A stretch of 64,000 bases of DNA from an uncultured Planctomycetaceae bacterium. Lineage in GTDB: Bacteria > Planctomycetota > Planctomycetia > Isosphaerales > Isosphaeraceae. Below the pieces are notes generated by a model that had not been told where the DNA came from, searched no databases, and saw only the letters and a program-made list of their open reading frames with translations. The translations under genes were made by a program, and so were the position numbers. The stretch lies in the NCBI GenBank assembly GCA_963708145.1, contig OY970189.1, positions 4,978,959 through 5,042,958 of the forward strand, in the 5' to 3' direction. Below, piece by piece: positions 29,290 to 40,170 of the stretch. How positions within the stretch are numbered: the stretch's first letter is position 1; every line of letters starts with the position of its first letter.

Positions 29290-30640
29290 TCAAACCGAGC
29301 GCATCTGGTTCCAGTATTGGATCAGGTCGATTCGCGTGACGATATCGAACACCGCGCCGGCCGAGGAGACCAGGACGCCCGTGTTGCCGGCCAGGAGCAG
29401 GCGGTACGCCTCGTCGAGCTGGACGCCCAGGTCGAGCTGGGGCAGGGGGCGCGCCATGACCTCGCCGACGGTCACGGCGGCGGGGTCGCCCCTGTCGTGC
29501 AGGACGCGGCGCGAGCGTCACCTCCTGGATGCTGCCGACCGAGGCCCCGTCGCGGAGGACGGGCAACTGCGAGATCCCGGCCGCTTGCATCAGCTCGACG
29601 GCCGTCGCGACGGTCGCCTCGGGCGCGACGGTCGTCAGCGGCCGAGGGCCGCGGAGGCGGAGCAGGTCGCCGATCGTGTGCGACGGCGGGGGGTCCCAGT
29701 GGAGCTGGTTGGCCGACAGCCAGGCGTCGTCGTAGAACTTGCTCAGGTAGTTCCGCCCCGTGTCGGCGCAGAGCACGACCACGAGGTCGTCGGCCGTCAG
29801 CCTCCGCGCGTATCGCAGCGCCGCGGCCACGGCGGTCCCCGACGATCCGCCCACCAGCAGCCCCTCGGAGCGGGCCATCTCCCGCGCCGTGCGGAAGCTC
29901 TCGGCGTCTCCGACGCGGACCCACTCGTCGACCATCTGGCCGTTGAGCGTGTGCGGCAGGAAGTCCTCGCCGATCCCCTCGACCTTCCACGGCTTGGGGG
30001 CGTCGCCGCTGAGGACCGAGCCCTCCGGGTCGGCGCCGATGACCTTGATCTCGGGGTTCCTCTCCTTGAGATACCGGCCCACGCCCGAGATCGTCCCGCC
30101 GGTGCCGGCGCCGGCGACGAACACCGTGACCCGCCCCCGCGTCTGCTCCCAGATCTCGGGCCCGGTCGTGCGATAGTGGACCTCGGGGTTGGCCAGGTTG
30201 GCGAACTGGTTGGGCCGCCAGGCGCCGGGGATCTCGCGGGCCAGGCGGTCGGCGACGCCGTTGTAGCTGTCGGGCGAGTCGGGAGCAATGGCCGTCGGCG
30301 TGATCACGATCTCGGCGCCGTAGGCCGACAGCAGGCGGACCTTCTCGCCGCTCATCTTGTCGGGCAGGACGAAGATGCAGCGATACCCCCGCACCGCCGC
30401 GACCATCGCCAGGCCGACCCCGGTGTTCCCCGCGGTCGCCTCGACGATCGTCCCCCCCGGCCGCAGCCAGCCCTTCCGCTCCGCCTCCTCGACCATCGCC
30501 AGCCCGACCCGGTCCTTGAGGCTCCCCCCCGGGTTGAGCGACTCCATCTTGGCGCAGACGGCCGCCTGCACCCCCGTCGCCACCCGCCGCAGGCGCACCA
30601 ACGGCGTCCGCCCGATCGCCTCCAGGATCGTCCCGTCCAT
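29290..30640 (-). CDS. cystathionine beta-synthase (PLP domain + CBS pair); apparent frameshift near 29480
   Basis: MDGTILEAIGRTPLVRL...LNPGGSLKDRVGLAMV...GNTGVGLAMVAA, then CBS-domain tail MTVGEVMARPLPQLDLGVQLDEAYRLLLAGNTGVLV in adjacent frame. Confidence 0.85.
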
Positions 30641-30690
30641 GATCGCCCCCTCCCGAGATGACCCCCCGCCCCGCCGCATCGGGGACCCTC

Positions 30691-30719
30691 ATCTTACCAT
30701 AGGACCAATTCTTAAACAA
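30691..30719 (-). promoter_or_regulatory. candidate sigma-70-type promoter for CBS/CGS operon
   Basis: Minus-strand TTGTTT-17 nt-TAAGAT in an AT-rich patch about 50 nt upstream of CBS start; SD gggagggg before ATG. Confidence 0.3.
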
Positions 30720-31345
30720 GGATTCCCCACTAATTCGATCGATTTTATCGAGAATTCTTCTGTCGCGGGGCGACCGGGCGGCACAGGCAGGCCCCTCGCG
30801 ACGGTCAGACGGCCGTCTTGAGGCGAAAAGGCGTCACGACCCCGTCGGCCGTTCGTCATGATCGGCGATAAGCTATAATCGGAGTATCTTCCACAGACCC
30901 GCATCGGGGAGTCGTCATGTCGGTCCAATCCGGAGTGGAATCTCCCGCAGCGATGATCCATCGGGCCAGCGGCGAGGGAGGCGGCTGGCCCACCCGCTCC
31001 CCGAATGGCCCGGCGCACCCGGCCGGCGCCAAGGACCCTTCCTCGCTGACCTGCCTCGACATCGTCGAGGAGACCTGGCGCCGCCTCACCCTGCGGGGCT
31101 ACCCGTGGGACCGCCCCCGGCCCTGACCTCCGCCTGATCTCGTGCCCGATCCAGCACCCTGTTCGGCGGGGCCCTCCTAACGCGCGTCCATGCCGAGACG
31201 GACGAAACCGGCGCGATCAGGCCCAATAGCGAGTGTCCGGTTGCGAATACGGAGGAAGGGACGGCCGACGGCCGCCCGGCATGCGCCATCGTCCATGCCG
31301 GCTTCGGTCCCGGGCGGCGATGAGGCACACCAACGGGGGTCGACG

Positions 31346-32656
31346 ATGTTCGGCGTCAAGCTTTCGGCCTGGGTCCTCGTGGGGGTGGCGATCGCCGTCG
31401 GCTCGGGCTACTACCGCCAGCGCGACCTGGAGAGGGACCGCGAGGCGGCCATGCGGCAGCTCGACGACTCCGACGCCGCGGCGCGGCGGGTCCGCGTCGA
31501 GCACTGGAGGCGCAACCAGGCCCATGCCGGGGCCGTGGCCCTCTGGGGGCTGATGGGGGTGGTCCTCTTCGCCTCCGACGTGAAACGGGCCCTGAAGGGC
31601 GGGCGGGTGCCGATGCTCCTGGTCGCCGCGCTCGGGTCCCTGGCGCTGCCGGGCTGCTACCGGCCGTTCGAGCCGATCCGCCTGGAGACGATCGGCACCT
31701 CGGAGGAGGGCTTCCTCATCCCCTACTCCGGCGACGGCCGCAAGCAGGCGTCGACCAACAACGAGGAGTACCTCAAGCAGAACCTCGTCTACACCAAGCA
31801 GGTCCGCATCCCGCAGCAGTGGATCGCCAAGGGGTACGAGACGATCGCCCCCAACGGCGTCTGGCAGGACGCCGCCAAGCTGATCAAGGTCGACAAGTCG
31901 CCCGTGACGCGCGAGTGGACGGCCGACCCCAACTCGGGGACCTCCAACCGCAACGAGGCGATCTGGGTCATGACCAGCGACCAGGTCGAGTTCTCGACCG
32001 GCTGGACCTGCACGGCACGGATCGAGTCGCGCGACGACGCGGTCAAGTTCCTCCACAACTACCCGGCCGGCAGCCTCAAGGAGGTCATGGACAGCGAGGT
32101 CCGCGCCAAGCTCCAGGCCACCTTCGGCCTGGAGGTGACCGACCTGCCCATGGACGAGCTCCGCAAGAAGGCGACCCCGCACATCCAGAAGACGGTCAAG
32201 GACGTGACCGGGTTCTTCAAGGAGCGCGGCATCTCGATCACCAACCTCGGCATCACCGGCGGCTTCGTCTACAAGGACCGGTCGATCCTCGACACGATGG
32301 TCAAGGTCTTCAACGCCGAGCAGGAGAAGTCGATCGCCGCCGCGTCCAACGCCGCGCAGGAGGAGAAGAACAAGCAGATCCGGGCGGAGGCCGAGGGCCG
32401 CGCCGAGGCCCTGCTCAAGCAGAAGAAGGCCGAGGCCGACGGCATCCAGATGATCGCCGACGCCAAGGCGTACGAGATCGCCAAGGCCAAGGAAGACCTC
32501 AAGGCCTACCTCGAATTGAAGCGCCTCGAGCTGGAGAAGTCGAAGCTGGAGAAGTGGGACGGCCGCTTCCCGACCACCTTCATGGGGCTCGGCGGCGGCG
32601 GCCCCGACCTGCTCCTCCAGGTGGCGACCCCCGCCGTCGCCGAGGCGAAGCCCTGA
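31346..32656 (+). CDS. SPFH/band-7 (flotillin/prohibitin-like) domain membrane protein
   Basis: Intact ORF: two N-terminal hydrophobic segments (LSAWVLVGVAIAVG; VALWGLMGVVLFA), SPFH-like core, long coiled-coil C-terminus (QEEKNKQIRAEAEGRAEALLKQKKAEADG...). Confidence 0.8.
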   Translation: MFGVKLSAWVLVGVAIAVGSGYYRQRDLERDREAAMRQLDDSDAAARRVRVEHWRRNQAHAGAVALWGLMGVVLFASDVKRALKGGRVPMLLVAALGSLALPGCYRPFEPIRLETIGTSEEGFLIPYSGDGRKQASTNNEEYLKQNLVYTKQVRIPQQWIAKGYETIAPNGVWQDAAKLIKVDKSPVTREWTADPNSGTSNRNEAIWVMTSDQVEFSTGWTCTARIESRDDAVKFLHNYPAGSLKEVMDSEVRAKLQATFGLEVTDLPMDELRKKATPHIQKTVKDVTGFFKERGISITNLGITGGFVYKDRSILDTMVKVFNAEQEKSIAAASNAAQEEKNKQIRAEAEGRAEALLKQKKAEADGIQMIADAKAYEIAKAKEDLKAYLELKRLELEKSKLEKWDGRFPTTFMGLGGGGPDLLLQVATPAVAEAKP

Positions 32657-32678
32657 CCGCGGGGAGAATGAGACGCGG

Positions 32679-32750
32679 AGGGACGCCGATCGGGGCGGAT
32701 CAATGCGGATCAAATCCGCCCGATCCGCGTCCCTCCGCGTCCCAGTTCCG
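32679..32750. terminator. REP-like palindrome family 2, copy 2; likely intrinsic-terminator-like hairpin after SPFH gene
   Basis: gagacgcggagggacgccgatcggggcggatcaatgcggatcaaatccgcccgatccgcgtccctccgcgtc, about 25-bp GC-rich stem 25 nt after stop. Confidence 0.5.
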
Positions 32751-32824
32751 GGACCTGCGGGCCAAATCCGCGAGATTTCCAGGATTCGGAGAGCGCGCCG
32801 GCCCGATCCCACGATGATGTCTCT

Positions 32825-34066
32825 GTGGAGCGCGCGAAATTCGCCCCAGAGACATCACCCCTTGGGATCACGCCGATGGCCACCGCCCGCCAGATTGCAT
32901 CCAACCAAGCAAACAGTGCCCGCAGTACGGGGCCGCGTACCCCACTGGGGAAGTCGGTCGCGCGGGCCAACTCATATAAACATGGACTTTCGGGACGCGG
33001 CGTGGTCCTCCCGCACGACGAGGCCGAGGCCGCCTCCGAGCGGTTCGCCGCCTGGTGCGACACCTTCCAGCCGTCCAGCGATTACGACGCCGGGATGGTC
33101 GAGACGGCCGCCGTCGAGAGCGTCCGCGTCGACCGCTGCCGGCTCCACGAGGTCGCGCTGCGCGAGCGCCTGGCCCTCCGCGCCCGCGACTTCTGGGACG
33201 TCGACCGCCGCCTGGCCGCCGCCGAGCTCGCCGCCCGGCTGCCCAGGAGCCCCGAGACGATCGCCTGGCAGTTGCAGAAGACGATCCAGGGGGTCGAGTT
33301 GCTGATCGGCCGCTGGGAGGTCCTGGGCAAGTCGCTGGCCATGTCGGGCACCTGGGACGAGCAACAGCGCTCCACCGCGCTGGACCTGATGGGCGTGCCG
33401 CGCGACCAGCGCGGCGGCTGGACCGAGTTGGTGCTCGACGAGGGGGACTTCTTCACCGAGGCGGAGTGGTTCGCGCAGCACGTCGAATGCCGCCTCCGCG
33501 ACCTGCGGGCGCTGAAGCCCGAGCTGGAGGCCCACGACGCGGCGGAGCGGCTGCGGGCGATGGAGGGGCACGCCTCGCCGGCCGACGCCGAGCTGAAGCG
33601 GCTGCGGCGGTACGAGCGGGGGTGCCTGCGCACGCTGCAATGGGCCGTGGCGCAGCTCAAGGCGCGCCGGAAGGGCGCGGCGGCCGACGCCCCCAGCCCC
33701 GGCGGTCAGCCGGCGGGCCCGGTGACGCGGCAGTGGCGGGCGGAGCGGCGCGAGGAGTCGCGACTGCGGATGGAGCGGTTCGCGGCGTGGGCGGAGCTGT
33801 CGTCCTCGGGTGTGGACCACGAGTCTCCCGACCCCGACGCGGTGCTGGCCGCGGCGCTGGCGGAATCCGATCGGCCGGTCGAGGCCGTCGCCCCGGAGGA
33901 CGAACCGGAGCCGGTCGACGAGCCGGAGCCCCTGCCGGCAACCGCGGCGGCCCCGGCGACGCGGGGGCTGATCAAGCCGGTGCCGCTGGCCTCGGCGCTG
34001 CTGAAGACCGTGCCGGGCAATCGCCGGGCGCACCGCGCGGCCAAGAGCCGCGCCCGCCGCGGCTGA
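32825..34066 (+). CDS. hypothetical protein (413 aa; alt. start ATG 32876), predicted all-alpha, strongly basic C-terminal tail
   Basis: Intact ORF with protein-like composition (RWEVLGKSLAMSGTWDEQQRSTALDLMGVPRDQRGGWTELVLDEGDFFTEAEWFAQHVECRLRDL...); ends NRRAHRAAKSRARRG; no family recognised. Confidence 0.65.
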   Translation: MERAKFAPETSPLGITPMATARQIASNQANSARSTGPRTPLGKSVARANSYKHGLSGRGVVLPHDEAEAASERFAAWCDTFQPSSDYDAGMVETAAVESVRVDRCRLHEVALRERLALRARDFWDVDRRLAAAELAARLPRSPETIAWQLQKTIQGVELLIGRWEVLGKSLAMSGTWDEQQRSTALDLMGVPRDQRGGWTELVLDEGDFFTEAEWFAQHVECRLRDLRALKPELEAHDAAERLRAMEGHASPADAELKRLRRYERGCLRTLQWAVAQLKARRKGAAADAPSPGGQPAGPVTRQWRAERREESRLRMERFAAWAELSSSGVDHESPDPDAVLAAALAESDRPVEAVAPEDEPEPVDEPEPLPATAAAPATRGLIKPVPLASALLKTVPGNRRAHRAAKSRARRG

Positions 34067-34426
34067 GCGGCCCACCGGCCGTGTGCAAAATGACGCGACG
34101 ACGAGGGCGCCGCGGGCCTGCCCTCGTCCCCGCGCGCGCCCGCCTCGCGGTCAGCCCCCGAAATCGGCCCGTCGGCGCCGAAAACGATGGAACCGAATTC
34201 GTTCGGAGAGACATCCCGGGCCGTCGCGGCGCGATCCCGGGGCCGAGGTCGCGTCCTCTCGGGGTCGTCCCGTCGCGAGGGCGCGGCCGGGACGAAACGA
34301 AGCCAATGGCACCCTGGGCAATTTGAGCGACCGACCCGGACGCGGGGCCCTTGGCATCGCGCGCGGGGAGTGTCAAACTACCGCATTGAGTCGTGCCCAC
34401 AGGCTTCGAGACCGGGAGCACCCGCG

Positions 34427-35599
34427 ATGAGACGCATCCTCACCTCGATGGCGGTCGCCGCGCTGGCGATGTCGCTGACGGCCGGCGCGATCGCCGCCGA
34501 CCCGCCCAAGACGAAGAAGGCCAAGAAGCCGCTGCCGGTGCAATATCCGACCCTGGAGATCGGCGCCCAGGCGCCCGACTTCCGGCTGCCGGGCGTCGAT
34601 GGCAAGACCTACTCGCTCAAGGACTTCGCCGACGCCAGGGTCCTGGTCGTCCTGTTCAACTGCAACCACTGCCCGACCGCGCAGGCCTACGAGGGCCGGA
34701 TCAAGAAGCTCCACGCCGACTACCGCGACAAGGGGGTCGCCCTGGTGGTCATCTCGCCCAACGACCCGCAGGCGCTGCGGCTCGACGAGCTCGGCTACAC
34801 CGACGTGTCCGACTCGTTCGAGGACATGAAGCTCCGCGCCAAGGAGGCCGGGTTCACGTTCCCCTACCTCTACGACGGCGACACCCAGGAGACGGCCAAG
34901 GCGTATGGCGTGGTCGCCACGCCGCACGCCTACGCCTTCGACCGCGACCGCAAGCTGCGCTACGTCGGGCGGATCGACGACTCGGAGGTCAAGGAGGTCA
35001 CGTCGCACGACCTGACCAACGCCGTCGACGCGCTGCTGGCGGGCCGTCCGGTGCCGGTCGAGACGACGCGGGTCTTCGGCTGCTCGACCAAGTGGTCCGA
35101 CAAGAGGAAGGACGCCAGGCTCGCCCAGGAGAAGGCCGACGCCGAGCCGGTCGCGCTGGAGACGATCGACGACGACGGCGTGGCCAGGCTCGCCCGGAAC
35201 GACACCGACAAGTACGTGCTGGTCAACCTGTGGGCGACCTGGTGCGGGCCGTGCGTCTCCGAGCTTCCCGAGCTCACCACGATGCACCGCATGTACCGCC
35301 GCCGCCCGTTCCAGATGGTGACCATCAGCATGGACGAGCCCGAGAAGAAGGACGAGGCGCTGAAGGTCCTCCGCGAGAATCACCTGTCGGCCACCAACTA
35401 TCTCCTGAAGACCAAGGACCGCGACAAGTTCGCCGAGGCGCTCGACAAGGAGTGGCCCGGGGCGCTCCCCTACACGGTGCTGATCGCCCCCGGCGGCAAG
35501 GTGATCTACCGCAAGACGGGCCCGATCGACCCGCTGGAGCTGAAGCGGGCCATCGTCGAGGTCATTGGCCGGACCTATGCGACGCGGGCTAGCAAGTAA
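34427..35599 (+). CDS. secreted protein with two thioredoxin-like (TlpA/redoxin) domains
   Basis: Signal peptide MRRILTSMAVAALAMSLTAGAIA; domain 1 VLVVLFNCNHCPTAQAY; domain 2 YVLVNLWATWCGPCVSELPEL (CxxC). Confidence 0.85.
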   Translation: MRRILTSMAVAALAMSLTAGAIAADPPKTKKAKKPLPVQYPTLEIGAQAPDFRLPGVDGKTYSLKDFADARVLVVLFNCNHCPTAQAYEGRIKKLHADYRDKGVALVVISPNDPQALRLDELGYTDVSDSFEDMKLRAKEAGFTFPYLYDGDTQETAKAYGVVATPHAYAFDRDRKLRYVGRIDDSEVKEVTSHDLTNAVDALLAGRPVPVETTRVFGCSTKWSDKRKDARLAQEKADAEPVALETIDDDGVARLARNDTDKYVLVNLWATWCGPCVSELPELTTMHRMYRRRPFQMVTISMDEPEKKDEALKVLRENHLSATNYLLKTKDRDKFAEALDKEWPGALPYTVLIAPGGKVIYRKTGPIDPLELKRAIVEVIGRTYATRASK

Positions 35600-35690
35600 T
35601 GGCGGATGCCGGATGGCGGAAGGCGGATCTCCCGTGGGTCTTTGATCTGCCATCGGCCATCCACCATCCGTCCATCCGTCATCCCGGCAT
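35599..35690. repeat. palindromic repeat family 3 (atggcggatgccggat ... atctgccatcggccatcc), copy a
   Basis: Shares atggcggatgccggat and (a)tctgccatcgg(g/c)catcc half-sites with 40008-40110 and, more weakly, 47150-47235. Confidence 0.45.
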
Positions 35691-35692
35691 CA

Positions 35693-36171
35693 TCAGCCCT
35701 CGTGCCAGGCGCCGAGCAGGCGGCGGACGGTGATGAGCTGGCCGATGTGGTAGGCGTTGTGGTCGGCCACCAGCAGCGCCTCGCGGAGGATCGTCTGCCC
35801 CTGCCCGTGAGGGATCGGGGCGAGCAGGTCGGTCTTCGGGTCGGCCACCAGGTCGATCATCGCCGCCAGGTCGGCGCGGAACGCCGCGACGGTCCGGTCC
35901 CACGCGGACGGGTCGGGCGGGGCATCCCCCTCGGGCCAGTAGCCGCGGGGGAACTCGGGCGAGGCGTGGCCGGGGTCGACGCTGAAGCGGAGGATGTCCC
36001 ACTGCGCGATCCGCATGTGCTCGACCAGCCTCCAGGGCGTGTGCGGCAGCCCCGCCGGCTTGCCCCCCGCAGCGCGGCGGGCAGGTCGGCGATCGCCTTC
36101 TCGAAGTCCGGGTGCGCGTGGCCCCCGCGGAGGAGCTCCCGCAGGTGCTCGCGGAGACGTTCGTCGGCCAT
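35693..36171 (-). CDS. DinB/YfiT-like metal-dependent hydrolase family protein; G6 run where G7 restores frame (36045-36050)
   Basis: [36 protein letters not shown]^[27 protein letters not shown]...[18 protein letters not shown]. Confidence 0.8.
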
Positions 36172-36281
36172 GATGCCCTCCTCCTCGGTCTTCGTTTAAG
36201 GAATCTTTACGGTAGTCCATCCCGCGCGGCCCTACAATCGGGGCCCGTGGGTCGGGATGCCGGGGACGGGTGGGGTGGGCG

Positions 36282-37005
36282 ATGAGCCAGGATGCCGGGC
36301 CGGGCGAGGGGGCGGGCGTGTCGGTCCTGCTCGTCGACGACGACGAGGAGCTCGGCGAGCTGATGCAGGAGTTCTTCGCCCGTCGCGGGATGCGGCTGGA
36401 GGCGGTACACGACGGCCGACGCGGGCTGGCGCGGGCCCTGGGCGGCGAGCATGACCTGATCCTGCTCGACGTGATGATGCCCGGGCTGGACGGGTTCGAG
36501 GTGCTCCGCCAGGTGCGGCGGAGGAGCCCGGTGCCGGTCATCATGCTGACGGCCCGGACGGCTCAGGTCGACCGGGTCGCCGGGCTCGACGCCGGCGCCG
36601 ACGACTACCTGGCCAAGCCGTTCGGCCCCGAGGAGCTGGTGGCGCGGGTCCGCGCCGTGCTCCGCCGCGCCGGCAGGGCGACCGCGGCTGTCGAGGAGCC
36701 GGAGGCGGGCGGCGTCCGCCTGATCCCCGCGGCGCGCGAGGTCTGGTGCGCGGGGCGCGGGTGCCGGTCACGACGATCGAGTACGACATCCTCGAATTCC
36801 TCGTCCGCGCCGCCGGGCGGGTCGTCTCGCGCGACGAGCTGTCGGCGGTCCTGTACCAGAGGGCCGCGTCGCCGTTCGACCGCTCGCTCGACGTCCACGT
36901 CAGCCACCTGCGGAAGAAGCTCGGGGAGCACGGGTCGCTGATCCGGACGGTGCGAGGCGTCGGCTACCTGTTCCGCGGCGGCCCGAGGGGGACGAGGCGC
37001 CGTGA
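36282..37005 (+). CDS. OmpR-family response regulator; apparent frameshift near 36745 and near stop
   Basis: [31 protein letters not shown]...[35 protein letters not shown]...[13 protein letters not shown] then winged-helix [24 protein letters not shown]...[10 protein letters not shown]. Confidence 0.85.
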
Positions 37006-37006
37006 C

Positions 37007-38330
37007 ATGAGGTCGATCTTCGCCAAGGTCGTGCTCTGGTTCCTCGCGACGGTGGTGCTCTCGCTGTCGGCGTTCGTGGCGACCTCGGTGCTGGTCTCGA
37101 TGCGGTCGTCGCACCGCGGCGGCTTCGGCCCCGACGTCTTCGCGATGCAGATGGACGACGCCCGGCTCGCCTTCGAGGAGGGGGGCCCGGCAGGCTCGAC
37201 GCCTACCTGCGCCGGCTCGACCGCTACTTCCGCGACGAGCACCACCTGACCGACGCCTCGGGCCGCGACCTGGTGACCGGCGAGGACCGCTCGGCTTTGC
37301 TGTCGCGGGCCCGCACCGCGACGTGGCTGTCGCCGCCGGGGGGCAAGCGGGTGATGGCCCATCCGAGCGACGACGGCCGCTACCGCTTCATCATCGTCTT
37401 CCCGCCTCGCATCGAGGTGTGGGGCGCGCTGCCGAACTACCTGTGGATCTTGCTCGTCGTGGCGCTGCTCTGCTACATGCTGGCCGTCCACCTGGCCTCT
37501 CCGCTGCGAAGCCTGCGCAGGGCGATGGATCGGTTCGGCCGCGGCGACCTGTCGGCACGGGCCCGGTCGTCGCGCAAGGACGAGATCGGCGACCTCGCCC
37601 GCGCCTTCGACCGGATGGCGGAGCGGATCGAGACCCTCCTGACCGCCGAGCGCCGCCTGCTCCAGGACGTCTCGCACGAGCTCCGCTCCCCCCTGGCGCG
37701 GCTCGGGTTCGCCGTCGAGCTGGCGCGAACCAGCGACGACCGCGAGCTGGCGCTGGGGCGGATCAGGAAGGACGTCGAGCGGCTCACCGTCCTGGTCAAC
37801 GAGCTGCTCCACCTGACCCGCGCCGAGGGGGACCCCGCCTCTCGGGAGTTCGAGGACGTCGCGCTCGACGACCTGCTCCGCTCGCTCGTCGAGGACTGCG
37901 CCCGGAGGCCGAGGCGAAGGGGTGCCGCCTGGTGCTGTCGGTCGACGGCCGGGCCACCGTGAGCGGCGACCGCGAGCTGCTCCGCCGCGCCGTCGAGAAC
38001 ATCCTGCGGAACGCGATCCGCCACTCGCCCGAGGGCGCGCCGGTCGAGGTCGCGCTGCGGGCCCGATCGGGGTCGGCCGTCATCGCCGTGCGCGACCACG
38101 GCACGGGCGTCCCCGACGAGGCGCTGGGGCACCTGTTCGAGCCCTTCTTCCGCGTCGACGACGACCGGAGCCGCTCCAGCGGCGGCGTCGGCCTGGGGCT
38201 GTCGATCGCCCGCCGCGCCGTCGGCCTGCACCGCGGGACCCTCGCCGCCCGCAACGCCGACCCGGGCCTCTGCGTCACGATCGACCTGCCCGACGTCGAG
38301 ACGCGCCGGCCTCCTCCTCCCGAGGTGTGA
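37007..38330 (+). CDS. sensor histidine kinase (EnvZ/CpxA-like), at least 2 apparent frameshifts
   Basis: MRSIFAKVVLWFLATVVLSLSAFVA (TM), HAMP, H-box LQDVSHELRSPLARLGF, then ...ILRNAIRHSPEGAPVEVALR...AVRDHGTGVPDEALGHLFEPFFRVDD...GGVGLGLSIARRAV. Confidence 0.8.
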
Positions 38331-38448
38331 AGAAAGGGGGACACGGCCGGCGAAAGTCCCGATGATAATAGGTAGCCCGCCGCGCCGCCCGGATACAATG
38401 GGCGCGGCGTCTGGGTGGCTGGGGCAGGGCGCATCGGGGGCGATCATC

Positions 38449-39623
38449 ATGGCGCGTCGGCTGCTGCTGGTCGAGGACAGCTCCATCATGCGGCGGATGA
38501 TCGCCGCGATGCTCCAGGACGAGGGCTACGAGGTCGCCCTGGCCGTCGACGGCCGCGAGGGGCTGGCCCGGGCGCGCGAGGCGGCGCCCGAGCTGATCCT
38601 GTCCGACTACGAGATGCCCGAGCTCGACGGCCCCGGCCTCTGCCGCGAGCTCAAGGCCGACCCGGCGCTGCGGCCGATCCCGGTGATCATGCTCACCAGC
38701 CTCGGCGCGACCGAGAGCAAGGTCGTCGGCCTCGACGCCGGCGCCGACGACTACATCGAGAAGCCCAAGTCGCCGCAGGAGGTCCAGGAGGTCTTCGCCC
38801 GCATCCGCGCCCAGCTCCGCATCGCCGACCTCCGCCGCGAGCTGGCCGAGAGGAACCGCCAGCTCGAGGTCGCGCAGGCGAAGCTCGACCTGGAGCTGAA
38901 CCTCGCCCGCAAGGTCCAGATGGGCCTGATGCCGAAGCCTCCCAAGGCCGCGGGGCGCGATCCGGCTCGCGGTCCACTACCGGCCGGCCAACCGCCTCGG
39001 CGGCGACGTCTACGACTTCGCCCGGCTCGACGGCGGCCGGCTCGGCGTCCTGGTCGCCGACATCTCCGGGCACGGCGTCAACGCGGCGCTGCTGTCGGGG
39101 ATGGTCAAGACGCTGGCCGCCCCGCTGACTGTCCGCCGGCGCTGCCGCCGGGCCAGGTGCTCGCCGGCCTCGACGCGGCGCTCGGGCAGTACTTCCCCGA
39201 GGGGTACTTCTGCACCGGGTTCTACCTGGTCATCGACGAGGCCACCGGCGCGTTCGACTACGCCGGGGTCGGCCACCCCCCGGCGCTGGTCGTCGGCCCC
39301 GGCGGCACCCGCCAGCTCGATTCCGAGCCGCGGCCTGCTCGGCGTCGGCATGATCGAGGAACTGGGCGCGCCGGCCGGCGGGTCGGACCGGCTGGCGCCG
39401 GGCGAGTCGCTGCTGCTCTGCACCGACGGCCTGCCCGACGCGATGGACCCCGCCGACGTCCCGTTCGGCCCCGACCGCATCAGGGCCGTCCTGGAGGCGC
39501 ACCGCGCCGCCGAGCCGTCGGCGATCCTCGACGGCGATGGAGCAGGCCGTCGCCCGCCACGTCGCCCCGATCCAGCCGCACGACGACATCAACATGGTCC
39601 TGGTGCAATATCCTCCCCGCTGA
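38449..39623 (+). CDS. response regulator with PP2C/SpoIIE-type phosphatase output (RsbU/HsbR-like), at least 3 apparent frameshifts
   Basis: REC: RLLLVEDSSIMRRMIAAMLQDEGYEVALAVDG...ELILSDYEMPELDG...PVIMLTSLG...DDYIEKP; PP2C: HYRPANRLGGDVYDFARLDGGRLGVLVADISGHGVNAALLSGMV..., ...LLLCTDGLPDAMDP..., ...HDDINMVLVQYPPR*. Confidence 0.8.
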
Positions 39624-39683
39624 CCCGGCGGCGTGATAAGACTAGGGAAGCGTTGCCAGTTCGTCGGGCGAGGAGGAAAGGGC

Positions 39684-40007
39684 GTGGCGGAGGCATCTCC
39701 CGAGGCCGGCGCCGAGCCGGTCGTGACGGTCGCGCTGACGGGGCCGGTCACGCTGGGCGAGACGCCCCGCTGGCGCGAGGCCCTGATCGCGGCCCTGGCC
39801 GAGGCGAAGCCGGTCCGGATCGACCTGGCGGCGTCCGGCCCCTGGGACCTGGCCGGCCTGCAACTGCTGATCTCCGCCGTGGCGACGGGGCGACGGTCGG
39901 GCCAGGCGGTCCGCCTGGCCCACGTCCCCCGCGGCCTCCTGGCGATCGCCGACCAGGCGGGCGTGGCGGACCGGCTCGCGGAGACGATCGACGACCGCCC
40001 CGATTGA
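39684..40007 (+). CDS. STAS-domain anti-sigma-factor antagonist-like protein
   Basis: AGGAGG + GTG; VTVALTGPVTLGETPRWREALIAALAEAKPVRIDLAASGPWDLAGLQLLISAV... typical SpoIIAA/STAS layout (about 108 aa). Confidence 0.7.
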   Translation: MAEASPEAGAEPVVTVALTGPVTLGETPRWREALIAALAEAKPVRIDLAASGPWDLAGLQLLISAVATGRRSGQAVRLAHVPRGLLAIADQAGVADRLAETIDDRPD

Positions 40008-40110
40008 GATGGCCGATGGCCGATGGCCGATCGGCCGATGGCGGATGCCGGATATCGGATCGGTGCTGACGAGACCTGGCATCTGCCATCGGGCATCCGA
40101 CATCCCCGAT
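40008..40110. repeat. palindromic repeat family 3, copy b (with gatggccgat tandem units)
   Basis: gatggccgatggccgatggccgatcggccgatggcggatgccggatatcggatcggtgctgacgagacctggcatctgccatcgggcatccgacatcc between STAS and cheA. Confidence 0.45.
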
Positions 40111-40170
40111 CCTCGAGCCACGCGGCCGAGCGAGGGCCCGCGTCCCGTGCCGAACGACCGCTTCCTGAGC

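Noticed and set aside
30917-31126. 69-aa ORF with GGGGAG SD in the CBS-SPFH divergent intergenic region
   Set aside because: No recognisable family, Pro/Gly/Arg-rich composition, overlaps likely promoter region; could be spurious.
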